Source: Camelus ferus | Taxonomy: Eukaryota | Reading direction: 5' to 3' | DNA: 64,000 nt | Assembly: GCF_009834535.1 (NCBI RefSeq) | Contig: NC_045696.1 | Span: 73,844,001 to 73,908,000, forward strand | Made by a program: the position numbers and the translations under genes | The notes under the pieces: model-generated | What the model saw: the letters and a program-made list of their open reading frames with translations, nothing else | Database searches by the model: none | What the model was told of the DNA's origin: nothing | Part shown: positions 61,960 through 64,000 of the stretch, piece after piece | Layout of the letters: every line of letters starts with the position of its first letter | Position numbering within the stretch: the stretch's first letter is position 1

Positions 61960-63013
61960 GTTTTTTAAAAATTATTTGCTTCAATTGTAGACAGTATGGG
62001 TTGACTCCCTGCTCTTTCACCTTTTGTCTTCAAAATGAGGAAATTAACTCTCTTAACACTTTCTGCCACCTTCTTTTCCCCATTAAAAACTGGTGGTTTT
62101 ATTATGTTAATATTACATTATTTGATTTTCAGTCTATTCAATGTTCTTAATTTATTACAAGTGTTTTGTCTTAGTTGTGTATTTAAGATGATTTAATGGT
62201 CCTTAATGCAGCCACTTTTGCTCAGTTTATCTTTTTTTTAATTTTTCACTTCGATTCATCTTTTGATTAGTTGGGTACTATCCACAAATTGCTGTTTCAA
62301 GAAGGGCCCATAATTACTGTGCTTTTAATTTCTCATATCCTTGCTTGCCAGTCTGGTTCCTTGCATTGCCCGCTTTGAGTTTCTGTTCCTTAAATCATAG
62401 TATCAAATACTTTCTCTCACCCCTCCAACCCCAACTCCTTCCTTCTGGAGTCTTGTGTTTTCCAGTATGGACTGTTTTTCCACAGGCATACCTCCAACTG
62501 TTAACTTAAGAATTCACTTTATTCCTTTACTGGGTCGATGCTCTATTTCCTACATCACATTATCTTCTTTTTAGCTTGGATTATTCCCTTATTTTGATGA
62601 AATACTTTGTGTCTCTTTAAGAAGAGTCTATGGGAAGTGAACACTCTGAATCTGAAAATGTTTTTATTTATTCTCATGTTTGATGGTAATTTGGCTGGGT
62701 AGAAGATTATGGGTTAAAAATAAATTCTCCACAGAATTTGGAAAGTATTGCCCTTTTATTTTCCAGCAGTGTTGTTGGTGAGTAATCTGATATTAAAATG
62801 ATTTCCATTTTTTGTAGGTTACTTTTTTAATCTCTGTAAGCTTTTAGGGTTTTGTTTCATCTTTATGTAGCAGTTTTTAGTTTGGCAACTATATTAATCA
62901 TATTTTGAATTTTCAGGTTATTTGCTTGTTGCTTTTTTGTAGTACATGGCCTTGTTTTAGGAATACAATATCATTTATCATTTATCATCTATGTATGTGT
63001 GTCCGTGTCTGTA

Positions 63014-63072
<59 letters not shown>

Positions 63073-63200
63073 TTAGTACTTTTCTTTTTTGTCCTGAATT
63101 ATCTGTTTCCTTTGGGATCTTTTTGTTTGTTTATCTTGATATCCCTTATATTATGTAAGTTTTCAGTAAATATCTGGTGGTCCTTGCATGTTCTTTATAT
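61960..63200 (-). mobile_element. Ancient L1 fragments
   Basis: T-rich; TCTGAAAATGTTTTTATT...TTGGCTGGGTAGAAGATT..GGGTT. Confidence 0.65.
63017..63064. repeat. (GT)n microsatellite, ~24 units
   Basis: Direct reading. Confidence 0.95.
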
Positions 63201-63629
63201 TTAAGAAAGAGGCAATAAAATATTGTTTGGAAACTATGAGAGAAGAATTATCAACTTGTGGAGAGTTAATCATTATACTTTCATTAAAAAGCAGATGCTT
63301 TTGCTCTGGGTTTATTATGCAATGATAAAAGTCATAATCGATAAAGAAAATAAAAGTTAAAGTACCAAACAACACAACAGCTAAGTATATAAAAGTGCAA
63401 ACTATTAAAAATGCAAGTAGATCTTGACCTTGATATACTGGGATACTTCAATATTGACTTCCTCAGAATTAGACAGCTCTAATAGACAAAAATAAAGATA
63501 TGAAGGATATAAATAATACAGTAAAAATAAAAGCATAGAGAGCATATATCCCTTACATAGAATATGTTCATAAAACATTTACAAAAGTAGATCATTTACT
63601 ATAACAGAATAAAAACCTTAAAACATTAA

Positions 63630-63985
63630 AAGGGAGTAATAAACTTTAAAAACATCATGCTAAGTGAAATAAACTGGACACAGAAGGACAAATATTGTAT
63701 GGTTCCACTTGTATGAGATAACCTAGAAGAGTCAAATTCATAGAGACACAAAGTAGAATGGTGATTTCCCGGGGCTGAGGAGAAGGGAAATGGTGAATTA
63801 GTGTTTAATAAGTACAGAGTTTCAGTTTGGGAAGATGAAAAATTTCTGGAAATAGATGGTGCTGATGGTTGCATAACATGTGCATATGTTTAATGACACT
63901 GTATTTAATATATGCTGAAAAATGGTTAAAATGGTAAATTTTATGTTATATATATAATATATATATATTACCACAATTAAAAAAT
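63630..63985 (+). mobile_element. L1MB-like 3' end
   Basis: CATGCTAAGTGAAATAA...AAGGACAAATATTGTATG...GTCAAATTCATAGAGACA...AAAATGGTTAAAATGGTAAATTTTATG...ACCACAATTAAAAAA. Confidence 0.9.
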
Positions 63986-64000
63986 GAGTGATAGAAATTT

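Larger units (their letters stand above)
60407..64000 (+). other. CCDC39: CCDC39 intron 1 (partial)
   Basis: Begins GTGAGG; I found no sequence encoding the expected continuation (LSKLKDER-like) before the window ends. Confidence 0.85.

Noticed and set aside
1..64000. A novel prokaryote-style system (CRISPR array, operon, defence island) or an intact transposase/RT gene
   Set aside because: The sequence is mammalian intergenic DNA. I saw no regularly spaced repeat-spacer array and no long ORF (maximum 176 aa, repeat-derived), and all mobile elements are truncated relics.
60407..64000. CCDC39 exon 2
   Set aside because: No segment encoding the expected continuation was found; the region is mostly L1 relics, so exon 2 is presumably beyond the window.

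Overview
This is AT-rich mammalian genomic DNA, not a prokaryotic or viral accessory region. The only protein-coding sequence I can support is the first coding exon of CCDC39 (60317-60406, + strand, [30 protein letters not shown], then a CAG|GTGAGG donor). It sits in a CpG-island promoter with RFX X-box-like and ETS motifs and is followed by the start of intron 1. The preceding ~59 kb is non-coding upstream/intergenic DNA, a mosaic of ancient mammalian repeats (MIR, L2, L1M, CR1/L3, MLT1, MER5, MER112-like, MER104-like). It also holds three young tRNA-derived SINEs with target-site duplications that I recognise as Vic-1-like, which points to a camelid genome. Between the repeats are several repeat-poor, motif-dense blocks (~2.9-3.4 kb, ~22.5-23.1 kb, ~33.1-33.5 kb, ~47.2-47.5 kb) that look like conserved developmental enhancers. 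In human the interval upstream of CCDC39 runs toward FXR1, DNAJC19 and SOX2. I found no credible evidence of an undescribed coding system, CRISPR array or RNA gene, and the listed six-frame ORFs appear spurious. Repeat subfamily names and boundaries are by-eye estimates (about +/-30 bp unless a TSD is given).
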